From positions 744,001 to 808,000 of the forward strand of contig CBFDEM010000053.1 in NCBI GenBank assembly GCA_965603825.1: a stretch of DNA of 64,000 bases. The letters run 5' to 3'. The notes below the pieces were generated by a model, which did no database searches, was not told where the DNA came from, and saw only the letters and a program-made list of their open reading frames with translations. A program made the position numbers and the translations under genes. Shown here one piece after another: positions 1 to 13,203 of this stretch (positions are counted from its first letter, which is position 1; every line of letters begins with the position of its first letter). The stretch is from Blepharisma stoltei ATCC 30299. Its lineage: Eukaryota > Protista > Ciliophora.

Positions 1-769
1 TTTGCTCACTTATTTTCAATTCACTGTATATTCTTTTCTATAGCCTATAAAGCTTTTAAGTTTTTTGATTTGCTGATCATGCCATTTCAAAATTTCATAA
101 ATTCCAATTTTTCTTGATATAACTCATTTATAAAGTAATCACGCAGACAGCCCACTTGAATATTTGATGCAAAACTTTGTATAAAAAATTTTATATTTTT
201 GATTACTCCTCTTCTGAGAGGCTAGACATTAGCTATTGTTGAGCTAATATATAGAGAAACTAAGCTTGACAATAGTTTATATTTTATACGCTTAATGCTG
301 AAACATTTCAAGTACTTCACTTTCCCATTGCATTTGATGGTCTCATAAAATTATATTTCCAATTTCTTATTATGTAAGTCTCTGCTGAAAAGTAAAAACC
401 ATTTCAGGGGTATTCTGTAAATATCTTATTATGCTCTTCGAGTGCAAGTTTAACGCCATTTTAATTAATATTTCTTGTGGACTATTGATATGGCTCATCT
501 TTTTCTCTTTAAAGGGGTCAAATATATAATACTGAGGGCTGTTAATTTTTAAAATAAATGCTAATCCTTCAAATGTTTCTGCATATTTTATTTAAGTAAT
601 AATCTAACTCGATCTCATTTAATTTAGGAAGCAAATTTAATTAAATTGTGGATAAGGGCTCTTTCGAACTAAAGGCTATATGTAGTTATTATTAGGCTAT
701 AATTGTTTTCTTTCGCTTTTATTCTTAATTCTCTATAGTTTTTATTTATCAAAAGACACTTTTCGACTG

Positions 770-2290
770 TTAAGCTGGAATCGGTTGCCTTCGCATTAAG
801 ACACTTGAGAGGTAGAAATTTCTCCTATATCTTTTAGAGCCTTTCTTTTTCTTCCTGCTGCATGCCAATATCGTCTCTTGGGCAAATATCTGCTCTCCAG
901 TGGGCATGCTCGGTACAAAGCCAACTTGTGCTTGATGCAGTACATCCTTCCAACAAACCTCCCTTAGGATTCTTTTCGTCAAAATCTTATCTAATATTTT
1001 GTAGGTAGAGTTTAGCAGGGTGATGGGCATAAAGTCTTGTGGATAGATCCAGGCTTCTTCTGTAAGAACACTACAAGTGCTGAGTTCATTTCCTTTGGTA
1101 GCCTTCTTTCTCTCCATACCTGCTGTACTAGCTTAAATAAAACCTTTTCAACCAGTTCTCCCCCGTTCTTGATAAGTTCAACCAGCAATTGCCAGGGCCC
1201 ACAGTCTTCCTGCTCCCTAATTGCTTAATGGTCTCATTAACTTCTTCTCTTGTTGGGACCGTTAGGTGATTGGCTAGATCCGGTTGCTGCAATTCAGTAT
1301 CTTGATACTGATACTTCCATCACTCCAAAATATTACTCTCCCCGCTGCTCATGACTTAACCGGTCCAACCCTCTTTGCTCTTTCGATTCTCCTTACCAGT
1401 TCCCACTCATCCTATGCTCCAAATATTGCTCACTCTATTTCCCTCTTCACGCATGCGCTCTGTCTGTCTTGCTTTAGCTCGCTTTTGAATTCTTTCATTG
1501 CATCCCTTGTTTCCTCATTTCTCTAGGCATTTCGGTTTGTCAAATGTGTTTATGGCTCTAAAGGCCTTCCATTTGTGCCTTCTTGCTTTTCTTATTACCA
1601 GCAGTGAGCCTTTCCCTAGTCCGGATCCTTCCATTGCGCCGTTTCGCCCAAAGCTCCTTCAGCAGCTTTTAGTAGCCCTCTGACCATAGCACTATACAAT
1701 GATTCTGAACTGTGATCCTCTGCCAATAAACATCCTATTTCCCTGCCAAGCACTTTCTGGTACACACTTAAGTACACCTTGCTTTGGAGTCTGTCTATAT
1801 TGAGTCACTTCTACGTTGAGCCGTTTTTTTGATGAAGGGGGTAAGAATTTTAATCACAAGAGGCAAGTGATCGCTTTTGATTGGTTTTTAGAGGTAAGTG
1901 TTAAAATTCGTGATAATTTCGGTAGAGTCTCAATCAACAGCACAATAATCTAGACAAAAGGCATTTCCAGTTGAGCGCATATGGGTGGGTTTATTAAATC
2001 CTAATAATTTTAGTTGCCCCATTCCTTGCAAAACCCAGTCATTCTTTTTCCGTTGCCATTGGTCGCTTCTGAGTATCAGCCCAAACATGAGCGTTAAAAT
2101 CTCCCAGTATCAGTGTTTTCTTTCCAGTAACCCTGGACTTGATGGGACCATCAGTTTTATTGCTTCATGGTTCACAGCTATCTTTCCCCTTTTTTATAGT
2201 CGTCTCAAGCATCATCTTCAGCAAATGTCACTATTGCATCCCCAGAAGGCAGCCTTAAACTTTTCAAGACGTCTTAGCCTTCAGAGCTAA
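770..2290 (-). mobile_element. Decayed non-LTR (LINE-like) retrotransposon ORF2 fragment: APE endonuclease plus N-terminal part of the reverse transcriptase
   Basis: Minus-strand translation across frameshifts and stops gives, in order, APE motifs LILGDFNAH (~2087-2113), NGNGKRM, CLDYCAV (~1945) and SDHLPLV (~1867). These are followed by a linker and the RT preamble IKQLGSRKTVGPG..ELIKNGG..VWRERRLP..ALVVFLQKK, then DFMPITLLNSTYKILDKIL..HQAQVGF (770-1117 ORF). GC content is higher than in the flanks. No YADD region is seen. Boundaries are approximate. Confidence 0.88.
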
Positions 2291-2593
2291 GATCTCTACT
2301 TTTTAAATTAAAATCCATAAAAATATTTTATAATATATATATCATCTTTTTTAATAAGAAGCGATGATGAATTATCCGATAAGAGATATGAGACTGAGCA
2401 ATATCACTTATTACGCTTTCTAATTTTTATATCTACAATTGGTGCACTAAAGGATGCTTGATAAGTATTAAGTTTGGTTTCTGTGAAAAGTGTTTGAATA
2501 ATATTCTGCTTGAGCTTTCCAAAGGATCAGGATTTATTTCTATCAAAGTGATTTGATTTAAATAAAAATCGATTTAGTTATAATAATTTTAAA

Positions 2594-5500
2594 TTAATTC
2601 AAAGCAGATATGCTTCTTACTGACGAAAAAGGGTCATACTCTACTGAATTGCTTAAACCCTCTTTGAAAATTATTCCAATTTTTGTGTTATCAGAAAGTA
2701 TCATCCTGCTCTCTATTTTTTTGCAGTCTCCTTGAACCTCTTTACAGCTTCGATTTAGCTCATTTTCATTATCAGGAACAATATTATTTTTTTCTCTTGG
2801 ATAAAAAATTTTCCATATTTTCATAATAATGCGGTCAATGATTGCAAATTGTAAGAAAAATTTAGCCAAAATGTAAGTAATAAATAAAGCGTTGACAAAT
2901 ATCAAGAGAACAAGTAAAATATATGTGACAACAATGCCTAGATCAGCAGTTAAAAAGCAAAGGCCGGTCAGTATCGTTATTAATGAGGCTAATCTGGAGA
3001 AAGTTTCTGCTTTATTGAAAAATACTTCACTGAAAGGTTCATTCCTGGAATGAAGATGGAGAAATAGTACAAAGAAAAGAGCTGCTGAAAGAGCTTGAAT
3101 ATTGGCTGAAATATTTGATAAAAATGCGGAGCAGCCTATTAAAATCACTTTATAGAATAAAATCATGAATTCCCAATAATAGTGCTTTGGTTCATATCCA
3201 TTACAAAGAAACCCATATCGTTTTTTCATCCACATTTCTCCTAAATAATTTCTATTTTTTATCAAATTCATAAGGCAAAATAAAGGAATTGTAACAACTC
3301 ATATAATTATCGTCGGTAAAGCCAGTAAAAGCGCATAAAAAGCGTGATCACGATCCCAGCACCTTATTCCCAAATCGACATTAAGCCAATATTCTCCAGG
3401 GTTAATTTCTTTGCAGCTAAAAACATTGAACATATTATCAATAATGCTTGGATGTATTAAAAACAGCAAAACTACAGCTGTAGATATAAAGTCATCTCAC
3501 ATTTCTTTTATAGGCTTCTTCTTGATCTTATAAACTAAAATTCAAAACATTAAGCAGCCCAAACCTGCCAAAAAAGGAGTCAGACTTGTGATTAAAATTT
3601 TTATATAATAAATGACGCTTTTAGAGTATGATGACTGCAAAAAGCAATCAAACGAAAACATCTGCCCTCCAATATAGTCCAGAGATGTCTGGATGTAGAA
3701 GAATTGGACTACTTCAAATGGTCAATTTAAATTATATGTTGCCGTAATAATTATAATCTGCAAGTAATTCCAAAATATTTTTATATAAATTGATGAGAAA
3801 GAGTTTGGCTTGTATCAAGAATTTCTAGTTGTTTTTAAAATAACTATTGTGATAAAAATCAATAAGGTAGAAATTCCAATTCATCGAAAAATATTGCTGG
3901 TATAGTCAGGGCAAACTTGGCACTCATTTCTATATAATCGTGAGTAACCATATTCACACGAATGGCACATGTTATTTTCGTAGCCTTTATCACACTTCCC
4001 AGTTAATGATAAATTAGAAATATCAGGAGAGCCCAAGCAAGCTGGCTGATAAGGACATTTTCAAAATTTATCTGTAAAGTTATTATCTCTTCAATACCCC
4101 GATTTTGGAACTATTGAGAAATTTCCATAACAAATTGCATTTTTTGGACAATCCGAACACTTAGATTTCTTTAAATCTATATTATAATATCCTTTTGGAC
4201 AGATTTCACAGACTAGACCAACTGTGGCCTCTCCAATATCGCATAAACGCAAATTGACCTCAATAGAGAAGCTCTTTGACATTTGCAAAATTTCGCTTGT
4301 TGTGTTCATTTTCTGTGTATTTATTGCTGAAGAAACTATATCAATATCAACAGAAGAGCCTGGCTTCGCAGAAATGATATAATCATCGAAATAATAAATC
4401 CCATTTTTCGCATATACAATAGTAGTACCTGATATTACTGTGTCAGCTCTTATTGCTTGCATCTGTGCTTGGCTTGCAGTATCTGTAGAAATTATTTGAT
4501 AAAGATCGTCAACTAAAGCAAAAACTAATGAAGGATTATTTGTTTGGCCTGATGCGACATTGTCCAGCACTAAAATGCTTCTGTCTTTTGACATAGTTTT
4601 GCTTTGCAGGCTCCTGGTATCATTATTTAGAAAAATCATCATTGTAGGAAAAGAAGCTATATCTGGCCCGTATATTGCAGAATTATTTTCAAAATGATTA
4701 TTGTCAAAAAATGGCTTTGAGTTATCCCAGCTTATAGCTCCACCATTGTAGCTGGCTATATTATTAATAAAAGAGTTTGACGAAATATCAAAATAGCAGA
4801 TAGAGTTTGAACTTTGGCAGCTTACTTTTATTGCTCCTCCAATCCCATCTTCAATATCGTGGCTCTTTGGAATTAATGTTTCAGCTTTGTTTTCATAGAA
4901 AACTGATGACAAAATATGCAGATTTATGTTATTTGTCCAAATTGCTCCACCATTACTAGCGGTATTTAATTGAAAATTAGAAGATGAAATAGTAATTTGA
5001 GATGATTCTGGGTGGTCTGCTTCATTTGTAATATAGATTGCTCCTCCATATACACCTAAATTGCTAATAAATCAAGAGTCCAAAATTGAAATAATGTTGC
5101 ATTGGGTGCAGTAAATAGATCCACCGTTTACTCCTTGCCCATTAATAAATTTTGAGTTTAATATATGAAGTTCCTCAATTTGGCTTGAATATATAGCAGT
5201 ATTTGTATGATCTTTAAATAGAGTATTTTCTATAGTAATAGAGCTCGAATATGAGTCTATAGATGAGCTAGAATTCATGAATTTTGATTCCTTAATAAAA
5301 AGACTGCTGCCTTCATAAAGGTAAATCGATCCGCCTGTATCACTGGAAAAAAGATCAGAAAATGCCGATGAATAAATTTCTATTTTACTAGACGTCGCGT
5401 GTATTGCAATACCTGAGCTATTAGAAAATCCCTTAGAAAAGGCAGAGTTAGTAATGTTCACATAACTTGTGCTCATATAAATAAAGCATCCTTGATTTCC

Positions 5501-8500
5501 TTTTTGATTTGAAAAAGTTGTGTCAGCTATAATAACATCAGAATCATCAATATACAGGCTGGGATTTTTTCCAAGAGCAGTATTTCTGAGAATTTTAGAC
5601 GAAGATATAGTAATTTGAGATGATAAAATAAAAAATAATCCTTCATTATATGCATAATTTTCAGATATTTCTGTATTATTTATTGATGAGCTGGCTAACG
5701 AACTAGCCATAAATATTGCTGATCCTTTGTTTTTGCACGAATTCTTACTAATAATAGAGTCAGAAATATAAAACTGAGCATCTGAATCAGCATATATAAC
5801 ACCTCCTGAAGAGCCAGCATAATTTGTGCTAAAAAGGCATGAAAAACATATAAATTGGGACTTTAGGCTAATAGAAGCAGCTCCACCATTAATATTGCTG
5901 CTGCAGTTTACATAAGTTGTATTTTCTGAAAAAAATTTTGCTGAATTCTTAAGATTCAATGCCCCACCTGAGTTAGGAGAAATATTATGCTGAATTTTTG
6001 AATTTTTTATGAATACATAGTCATAGTCAAGGAAAAAAATTGAGCCAACATTGAATTCAAATAAAGAATCATAAGATTCTAAAGTAGAGTTTATATTGGT
6101 ATTATCCATAGAAATTGTTGTATTTCCTGAATTAAGCCGAAAAATACAAGAATTTAAAAATATTTTTGAAGCATTTTCTTCGGTGTTTTCGCCTATTGCT
6201 ATATTTAATCCAGAACTATAAATTCCTTTATTTTTAACAAAATTGCAATGCTCAAAAATCAATATCCCATATAGGTAAGAAACCGAAACAGTGCCTGAAA
6301 AGCTTGCTATATTCTCTTGAAAATAGCAGTCAATAATAGAAGAATTAGAAGTAAGCTCTACATTGCTGTCTATATAAATGCAAGAGCCATCTCAAGCTTG
6401 ATTTTTAAAAAAATCTGTGCTATCTATTTGGAATATCAATAGTAAATCTAATGGAGTTGTTTTTTCAATATAAATTGCTCCCCCACTAAAAGAGCAGGAA
6501 TTATTTTTAAAAGTTGTGTTTGAAATAAAAAATATAGATGTGTCTATTGTATCTTGCTGCATTGAAACAGTAACTGCACCACCATTTGATCCTGGTGAGC
6601 TATTAGAGTCGAAATCAGATGAAAAAATACTAAGATTTTGCCCTCCAAAATACAATGTACCAGCATTGCTAGAAAAAGTGCAATTATGCAATAGCAAGCT
6701 CGAAAAGCTGCTTATAGCTCCTGGGCTTCCATATTGATAATTTACATTAAAATAGAACTCAGAGTTTATAATTTTATAAATCATATTTCCTTGAAACGCT
6801 AAAGCAATACCTCTACTACCGACACCTTTGTTTTGATTAAAATAGCTCGATTTTACTATACTATTGACTGTATTGGAAATATTAATGCAAGGAGAAGAAT
6901 ACTTGCAGTAATTATTTTCGATATTTATTCGCTCTATGTTTAAATTGATAGAGTCAGATACAATTGATAGAGACTCGCAATTAATATCAGTAGGATTAGT
7001 GATGTTGAGTTTAGGATAAGCTAAGGGATTTTGTATATAAAATTTCATTAATATCGAGTTTATGTTCATGGGTTCGGATAAAGATAAGCCATTTGAGTTC
7101 ATATTCAATTTCTCTCATTGAATATTAGCCATTCTTGAAATTTCAATTATTCCAGCTTTCCCTGAATAATTATTTGTGAAAAATGAATTTTGAAATTTCA
7201 CTCATTTAGCTAAATATTTTCCTTCTTCAATGCTTCCGTCTAGCAAAATTGCATTAAATTTTCTATCGACTAGATACATTTCATTTAAATAATTGCTCTC
7301 AATATGCATCAAAGAGCCGCTTTCAATTCCATTAAAGGTAAATGATGAATTCTCAATCAGAAAATTCTGATTATTATCCTCATATAAAGCATAAATAACT
7401 CCACCAGTTCTACCATAATTTGACGTAAAATTTGAGTTAGAAATACGGACATGACTAATTTTCGAATAAATTATAACCCCATTATCATCAATTTCAATAG
7501 GAAAATTATAAAACTCCTGCTGAATATATACTATCCCAAAATCGCATAGATTATACAAAAATGTGCAAGAGTCAATTCAAATAGCTTGAAATAAATGTAA
7601 AAAAATCAATGAGGCAAGATTTAAATCAAGCACAGCCTGCTTAAAGACTGCATTATACTGAAATTTCACATTTCTAAAAACAATTGTATTAATGCCAGTT
7701 CCATTAAAAAATCCTTTAACATTAATAGCATCATACAGTTCATAGCCATTATTAAGTCTGCTTACAACCCCATTTTCATAATGAAAATTCCCATACCCAG
7801 TCCCGTCCATCCGGATAACCCAGGATTCATATTCATTGCGAACCTTTATATTATCAAAAGTAACATTATATAAGGTCACATTTGAATCATTTTTTATGTT
7901 CAAAAGATACCGAAACTCAGTCCTGAAATTAATAAAGCTAACATTCTTTAGCAATAAATTGCTGTATCTAAGCTGTAAGAATATACTCTGGGCATCATTT
8001 TCGCATCAGCTAGCTAAAAAATCATTTATAGTTTCTCCTCTATCGCTATAGTAAGCATTTGACTTAATAACCACAAAAGGACAATAATCGCAATAGTTAT
8101 CATTATTACACTCTGCAATCGTATTTTTTCAATCAAAAATCAGATTATTCATCTCGATACTTATAGCATTTTCAAAATAAAACCCAAAGCCTCAATGACT
8201 ATTATCATTTCAATCATCTATTACTCTTTTTATCGTTATTTTTTCATTGTTCAATGTCGTAAATTTAACACTTTTTCCTGCAAATGCAATTGTTTCAAGT
8301 ACATCTGTATTTGTAGAAATTAATGATATTTTATATGATGTTAAGTTATACCCGTCACAATCTAATAAATAAACAACTGAGTGCTTATAATTGATATTAT
8401 AAAGAGCATACGTAAGAGACTGAAAAGGGAAAAAATAGGTCCCATCTCCACTTTCTGGATTGGAGCTTGCATTTGGGCAAATAAAATATATGTGAGGATT

Positions 8501-9505
8501 TTTAGAGGAAGAGGTATCATTTAAAGGCAGCTCAATGAGAGATCCATCTGGTAAAGTAGAAGGGCTCCAAGACAATTGTCCTCTGCCCCAGCAGTCTCCA
8601 TCTATCAAAATGTACTTCTGATAAAAATCATTAGGACAAGTTAAGCATGAATTAGAATCTCCATAAGCGCGATAACAACTGTAAATTCAACTCCCTAAAT
8701 ATCCGTTTCCATAGTTGCATTCGAGATAATTGCATTCTTCTTTTAAGCTGTAAAGGTCAAAATCTAGTGCTTTTTCCAATGTGCAGCTATAATTAGAGGC
8801 TTTATAACAATCTTCAAGATGAGTAACATATGAAAAATTGTTCCGGATAATTTGTTGATAAGAAGAAAAAATTGCTAAAGAAGTATTTTTGCATTGGTTA
8901 TTTGGGAATTGAGCAAGATTATCATAGTTGCAATTTGCCACCATGCATTCTGGCTTACATTTTCCATAATCCTCTATAGAGCAACCATTAGCGCATTGGC
9001 AGTCTTTATAATCATATAAGCAATCTTCGTTATTGCATTCTGGTTCGCATAATCCATTTCCAAGCATTATCGGGAAACACCCTTCAGCACATGCTCCACA
9101 ATCATGATTATCTAGGTCACATTCTCAATTATTACAGGCTTCATCGCAATTCCCATTTCCTAGCATATTATTTAAACAACCAGGAGCGCAAGTGCAATCT
9201 CCTCAGTCAAAACCACAATTTTGAGTATTGCAAGAGTCATCACATATACCATTTCCAAGGTTTTCTGGATCACAGCCATCTGAATTAATGCACGTCTTAT
9301 AACAATCAGAGTTTTCTTTGATATTTTGTCCATCAAATATAAGCAAAGTGTCAAAGTTGCAGGATGGAGTCATGCATTCGGGATCACATTTGTGATTGCC
9401 TTTCTAAATTAAAATTACTCTTATATCTGGGCATTTTGTTAGACTGCATATAAGGTCTATGCCTTTAACAATTCATAGAGTTAAAAAGATCACTATGAAA
9501 TTCAT
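2594..9505 (-). CDS. Giant surface/receptor-like protein (~2298 aa): signal peptide, ~5 LNR (Notch/Lin-12) repeats, GGA(I)/FxxN beta-helix repeats, Cys-rich stalk, multi-pass TM C-terminus
   Basis: Eight ORF-track fragments (upstream ends 3271, 4912, 6262, 7108, 7558, 7954, 8608, 9067) share one frame and are joined by TGA. The ATG at 9503-9505 gives MNFIVIFLTLWIVKG. There is one 15-nt intron (9404-9418). LNR units include LGNGICDDSCNTQNCGFDWGDC and LGNGLCEPECNNEDCLYDYKDC. The TAA stop is at 2594. Confidence 0.88.
9404..9418 (-). other. 15-nt spliceosomal intron GTAATTTTAATTTAG
   Basis: Carries an in-frame TAG. Removing it joins CPDIR to KGNHKCDPEC (LNR repeat 1). Confidence 0.9.
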
Positions 9506-10476
9506 TTATTTATATCTATGTTTGTACTTATTCTCTGAGAATTTAAGAATTAGCATTCTCATAGTAAATAATTCTACCAAAAAATAGTTATTAATTGTAT
9601 TTTATTTTCATAACAAAGTTATAAATTTATCATAAAAGCTATTTTCTGTTGAGAAATATTAATTTTGCCTAATAAATCTGCTCTATAGCCCTTTAATCCT
9701 CCTTTATGTTAAAACGCATTAATTAGCTGAGAAGATATTCGATATTCTTCAAGTGGACACAAATTAAAATTAATTAATTTGATCATAATAAAAAATTAAT
9801 GTGTGTTGCACCTCTCAAGCTAATGACCAGTAAATTAGCTTTAAAACATAAAGATTAATCTTGTCCAAAGTATTTAATTATCTTATAATTGTTCAAATTT
9901 AAATTTCCATTAAGCTTTTAAAATTTTCTTATGATTAAAATGAGCTCAAAAAGGGTTAAATTATCGAATATTGTTTGATTATGGAAAGATATAAATTATT
10001 TATAAGATACAATGGTTTTAATAGATTAGCCAGCTAAATAAAGGCATTTTTTTAAAAAGAATAAAGTCAAAAAATATTTTGTTTAAATCTGTCTTTCCCA
10101 GCTTTATCTGACTCACAAAATTTAAGGCTCTACTAAAGCTTCTATCTCTGCAATCAAAATGAGATAATACTTCGCAAATTTTTTCTCTTTGCTGATAGCA
10201 TTCAGCTGAATTACATTCGATAGTAGGGAGGACTATTTAGTGGCAATTTTTGTAGGGATTTTCTCCTAATTCTTGAGAGATAGTTGAAAAACTAGTTGAA
10301 GCTCTGGCTATTTTTATCGAGATATCCGCTTAGTGTAATGTTATGCTAATTCTCTTTAACTTTTATTACAAGTTTTAATTTGAATGAAAATTTACTGATC
10401 AACCCTAAAAAACTTAAGCAATTTTAAAATGATTTGTAAATAATAGAAAAAGCACTATGATAAAGATTTATTGTGA

Positions 10477-11610
10477 ATGCAAAGCCTAAATAAAATTATT
10501 GATAATTTTTATATGGACCTCAAAAGACAAAGCCATATGAACTTGCTTAATTCTGCAATAGATTCCACTGAGTGCGAGTCAAACCAAGCTCAAAGTCAAA
10601 ATCCTATTAATCAACTTCTAACTCTTCAAGAATTAAAAATTAAAAAATCTGCGATTTTAAAAAAGACAAATAATGACCCAGAAACAGAGCGGGAGTTCAG
10701 GAGAATTGTCTCGATGTATTTGAATCAAAATTCTGGTTATGATCCAACACTAAGGCGAGCTTATCAGGAATATCTCAATGCTTACCATCAACTTGTATCT
10801 CTTTATGTTATTCAGGATTATTCACATGTTTGCACTTATTTTTATGTTTACGACACCGAATATGAAGAAGAAAAAGAAAAAGTCTTAACGATTTATGATA
10901 AATTAAACTGTTGAGCCTGCATTGCTAAACTTCCAAATGGTGAGCTATTCTGTTTTGGACAAGATAACCCATTTTGTGGGCTTGCTGTGATAGTTAATAG
11001 TGATTTTATAGCTCGAGATCTGCCGCCTGGCACACCCTGCTTTAATTCATCAGCAATATATTCCAACGGAAGTGTTTATTGCTTTGGAGGACAAGACGAT
11101 AACTTTCAGTTTATGACTCTTTCAGAGCGATTTGATTTAGAAAAAAACATATGATTAAAACTAGCCCAACTACCAGAAGCTTGTGTAAATTGCACTAGTG
11201 TAGCATTTAACGGAAATATTTTGATTTCTGGTGCTATCAATGTAAATATTTTTGTTTATTCAATTGAGATTGACTCTTTTTCAATAATCCCTTATGACTT
11301 TTCGAACAATAAAAAAAAGATATTGATAAATGCAGGAGAGAGATTGTTTTTGATTGAATGCGAAAAAGGGGCAATGTATGAAAGCGAAGTTTGAGACCAT
11401 TATATTTGGAAGAGGATTGGGGATTCAATGATTAGCCTTAATCCGTATCAAGTTTCTTGCTCCTATAATAAAGGAGGAATCTATATATCAACACAGTATT
11501 ATGATATGTGGGATTATTATATGTTTGATTTAGATCGAAAATCTTTAATCAAACTACATAATTTGAGTTGGGTTGATGATTATGGCACAACAAATAGCTT
11601 TAATACTTAA
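10477..11610 (+). CDS. Kelch-repeat (beta-propeller) protein, ~377 aa
   Basis: Single frame with TGA=W. Kelch-like motifs LPNGELFCFG, IYSNGSVYCFGG and SERFDLEKNIWLKLAQLP (TGA at the kelch Trp). Ends in TAA. Confidence 0.8.
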
Positions 11611-13203
11611 ACGTTTATGCTTATCATAATTGCTTACAAACTCTAAAATATTTATGGCCAAAGTCATTGCATTAGTTTTTAAGAATTTTCTTATAAGCAT
11701 TACTGATAATTCATTATTATGACATTTTATCGCTTGAGTTAATTATAACTGCATCCTACTGTGTTAAGTGCTCCTTCTTGCATTATTTCATTATAGAAAA
11801 TTATTATCTTATGATTTATCTCCACTTTGATATATTCATGAATTTTAAATAGATTTATCATAAATCAGGCTGAAGTTTGATTATCAATCTAGAATTAGCA
11901 TGATACAGAATTGCTCCGTTTATGATTAAGTCTTCTAATCTTTTGTTTATATTCTGCAGTGTTTTCAAATGAGAATGTCAAAGAAGTGCAATGCCAACAA
12001 TGAGCGTGTATAAAATACAAGTCTAGTATTTTTACGGTTTTAGTTATTTCGTAGCAAATATTATTTTCTATTTAATTATCAGAAGTTATGACCTAGTTTT
12101 AACATTAAGAAATGATGCAAAATCTTAAAAATCATAAAATGTGCTTACTATATCTTAAATCAATTGCAAATGGAACATAGGAGTCATTTCATCTTCTGAC
12201 CATAAATCCTGAGTATAGCAGTAGTTTTCTGTTGAATATTCCTCTTCTCAAAAAAATCTGCAGCTTCTATATGAGGTTGATAGTGATGGAAGAATACTTG
12301 ATGCGGAGAATGGACTCTCTGACTCTATATTTTGGTTCGGCCAAGGTTATTTATTGGTCAGTCAGCACAATATTTTCAACTCACTATAATATCGCTGATT
12401 AATAATTCATGCTAGCAATTATCCTTTACTACTAAACTGCAGCTGTAGAAGATCAATCGTGCATATATTTCATTTCCAGACTTTAAGTTCGTGCACTAAT
12501 AAGATAAAATGCAATTATATTCTTTAGCAGAGCACCGAATTATTAAAAAGAAGTTTAAATATAAAAATCATCAAATTAATTCTGACAATATAAAGGCTAC
12601 GCCAGTGTGCAATTGCAACTCTTCTTCGCTATAATAATATATTGAGCCTAATGGTTGTGAAAGCATTTAAATGGTCTTCTCATAATTCTACAATAAGAGA
12701 TAAAGAGTAAAGCAATTTTTCTTCAGCTCATGAGTGCTTATAGCTCTAATTCTGTTGCATGACTTAAAATTTATATACAAAACTGGTTTGGCCAAAAATG
12801 GATAATCGCTGTTCGGGCTATCAGACTAGATCCACCTAGCATAAGAATTAATTCCATAGTTAGAGATACCTCTTTACCTTTTGCTGATACCAATAGACAA
12901 AAAAAAACTTGTCTAGCCCATCTTGAAGAGGAAACTTAGGGAAGAAATAAGACTTCCGTCTTCAGTAGGCATTCCAAAACCCGAATACCTATTAAAGTGG
13001 CTTAGAACTATATTTAGTTTCATCGGAATATGTACTACCTGCTCAATAGGATTGCATATCGGCTTCCATCTTCTGGCAACTTCATTAATATATTTTTGAT
13101 TCTTACGTTATTCAATGATAGCTAAATTAAAGAATTGCGGCAATGCAAAAATGTGAAGGTGATAAAAATATTTAAAATTAGCATGTCTTTATTAATAGCA
13201 TTT

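Noticed and set aside
1815-1976. 7-bp direct repeat GTTGAGC (1815, 1970) with an A-run, resembling a nested insertion with TSD
   Set aside because: The enclosed 155 nt encodes the retroelement's own LDY and SDH endonuclease motifs, so it is integral sequence and the repeat is chance.
1037-2290. Plus-strand ORFs 1037-1228, 1284-1526, 1498-1683 and 1985-2290
   Set aside because: These are antisense shadows of the decayed retrotransposon ORF2.
11611-13203. 1.6-kb spacer with GC-richer patches and a short hairpin (TAGACAA..TTGTCTA, ~12894-12915)
   Set aside because: No sustained ORF under TGA=Trp and no recognisable RNA gene or repeat family. It may be decayed sequence, but I cannot support a call.
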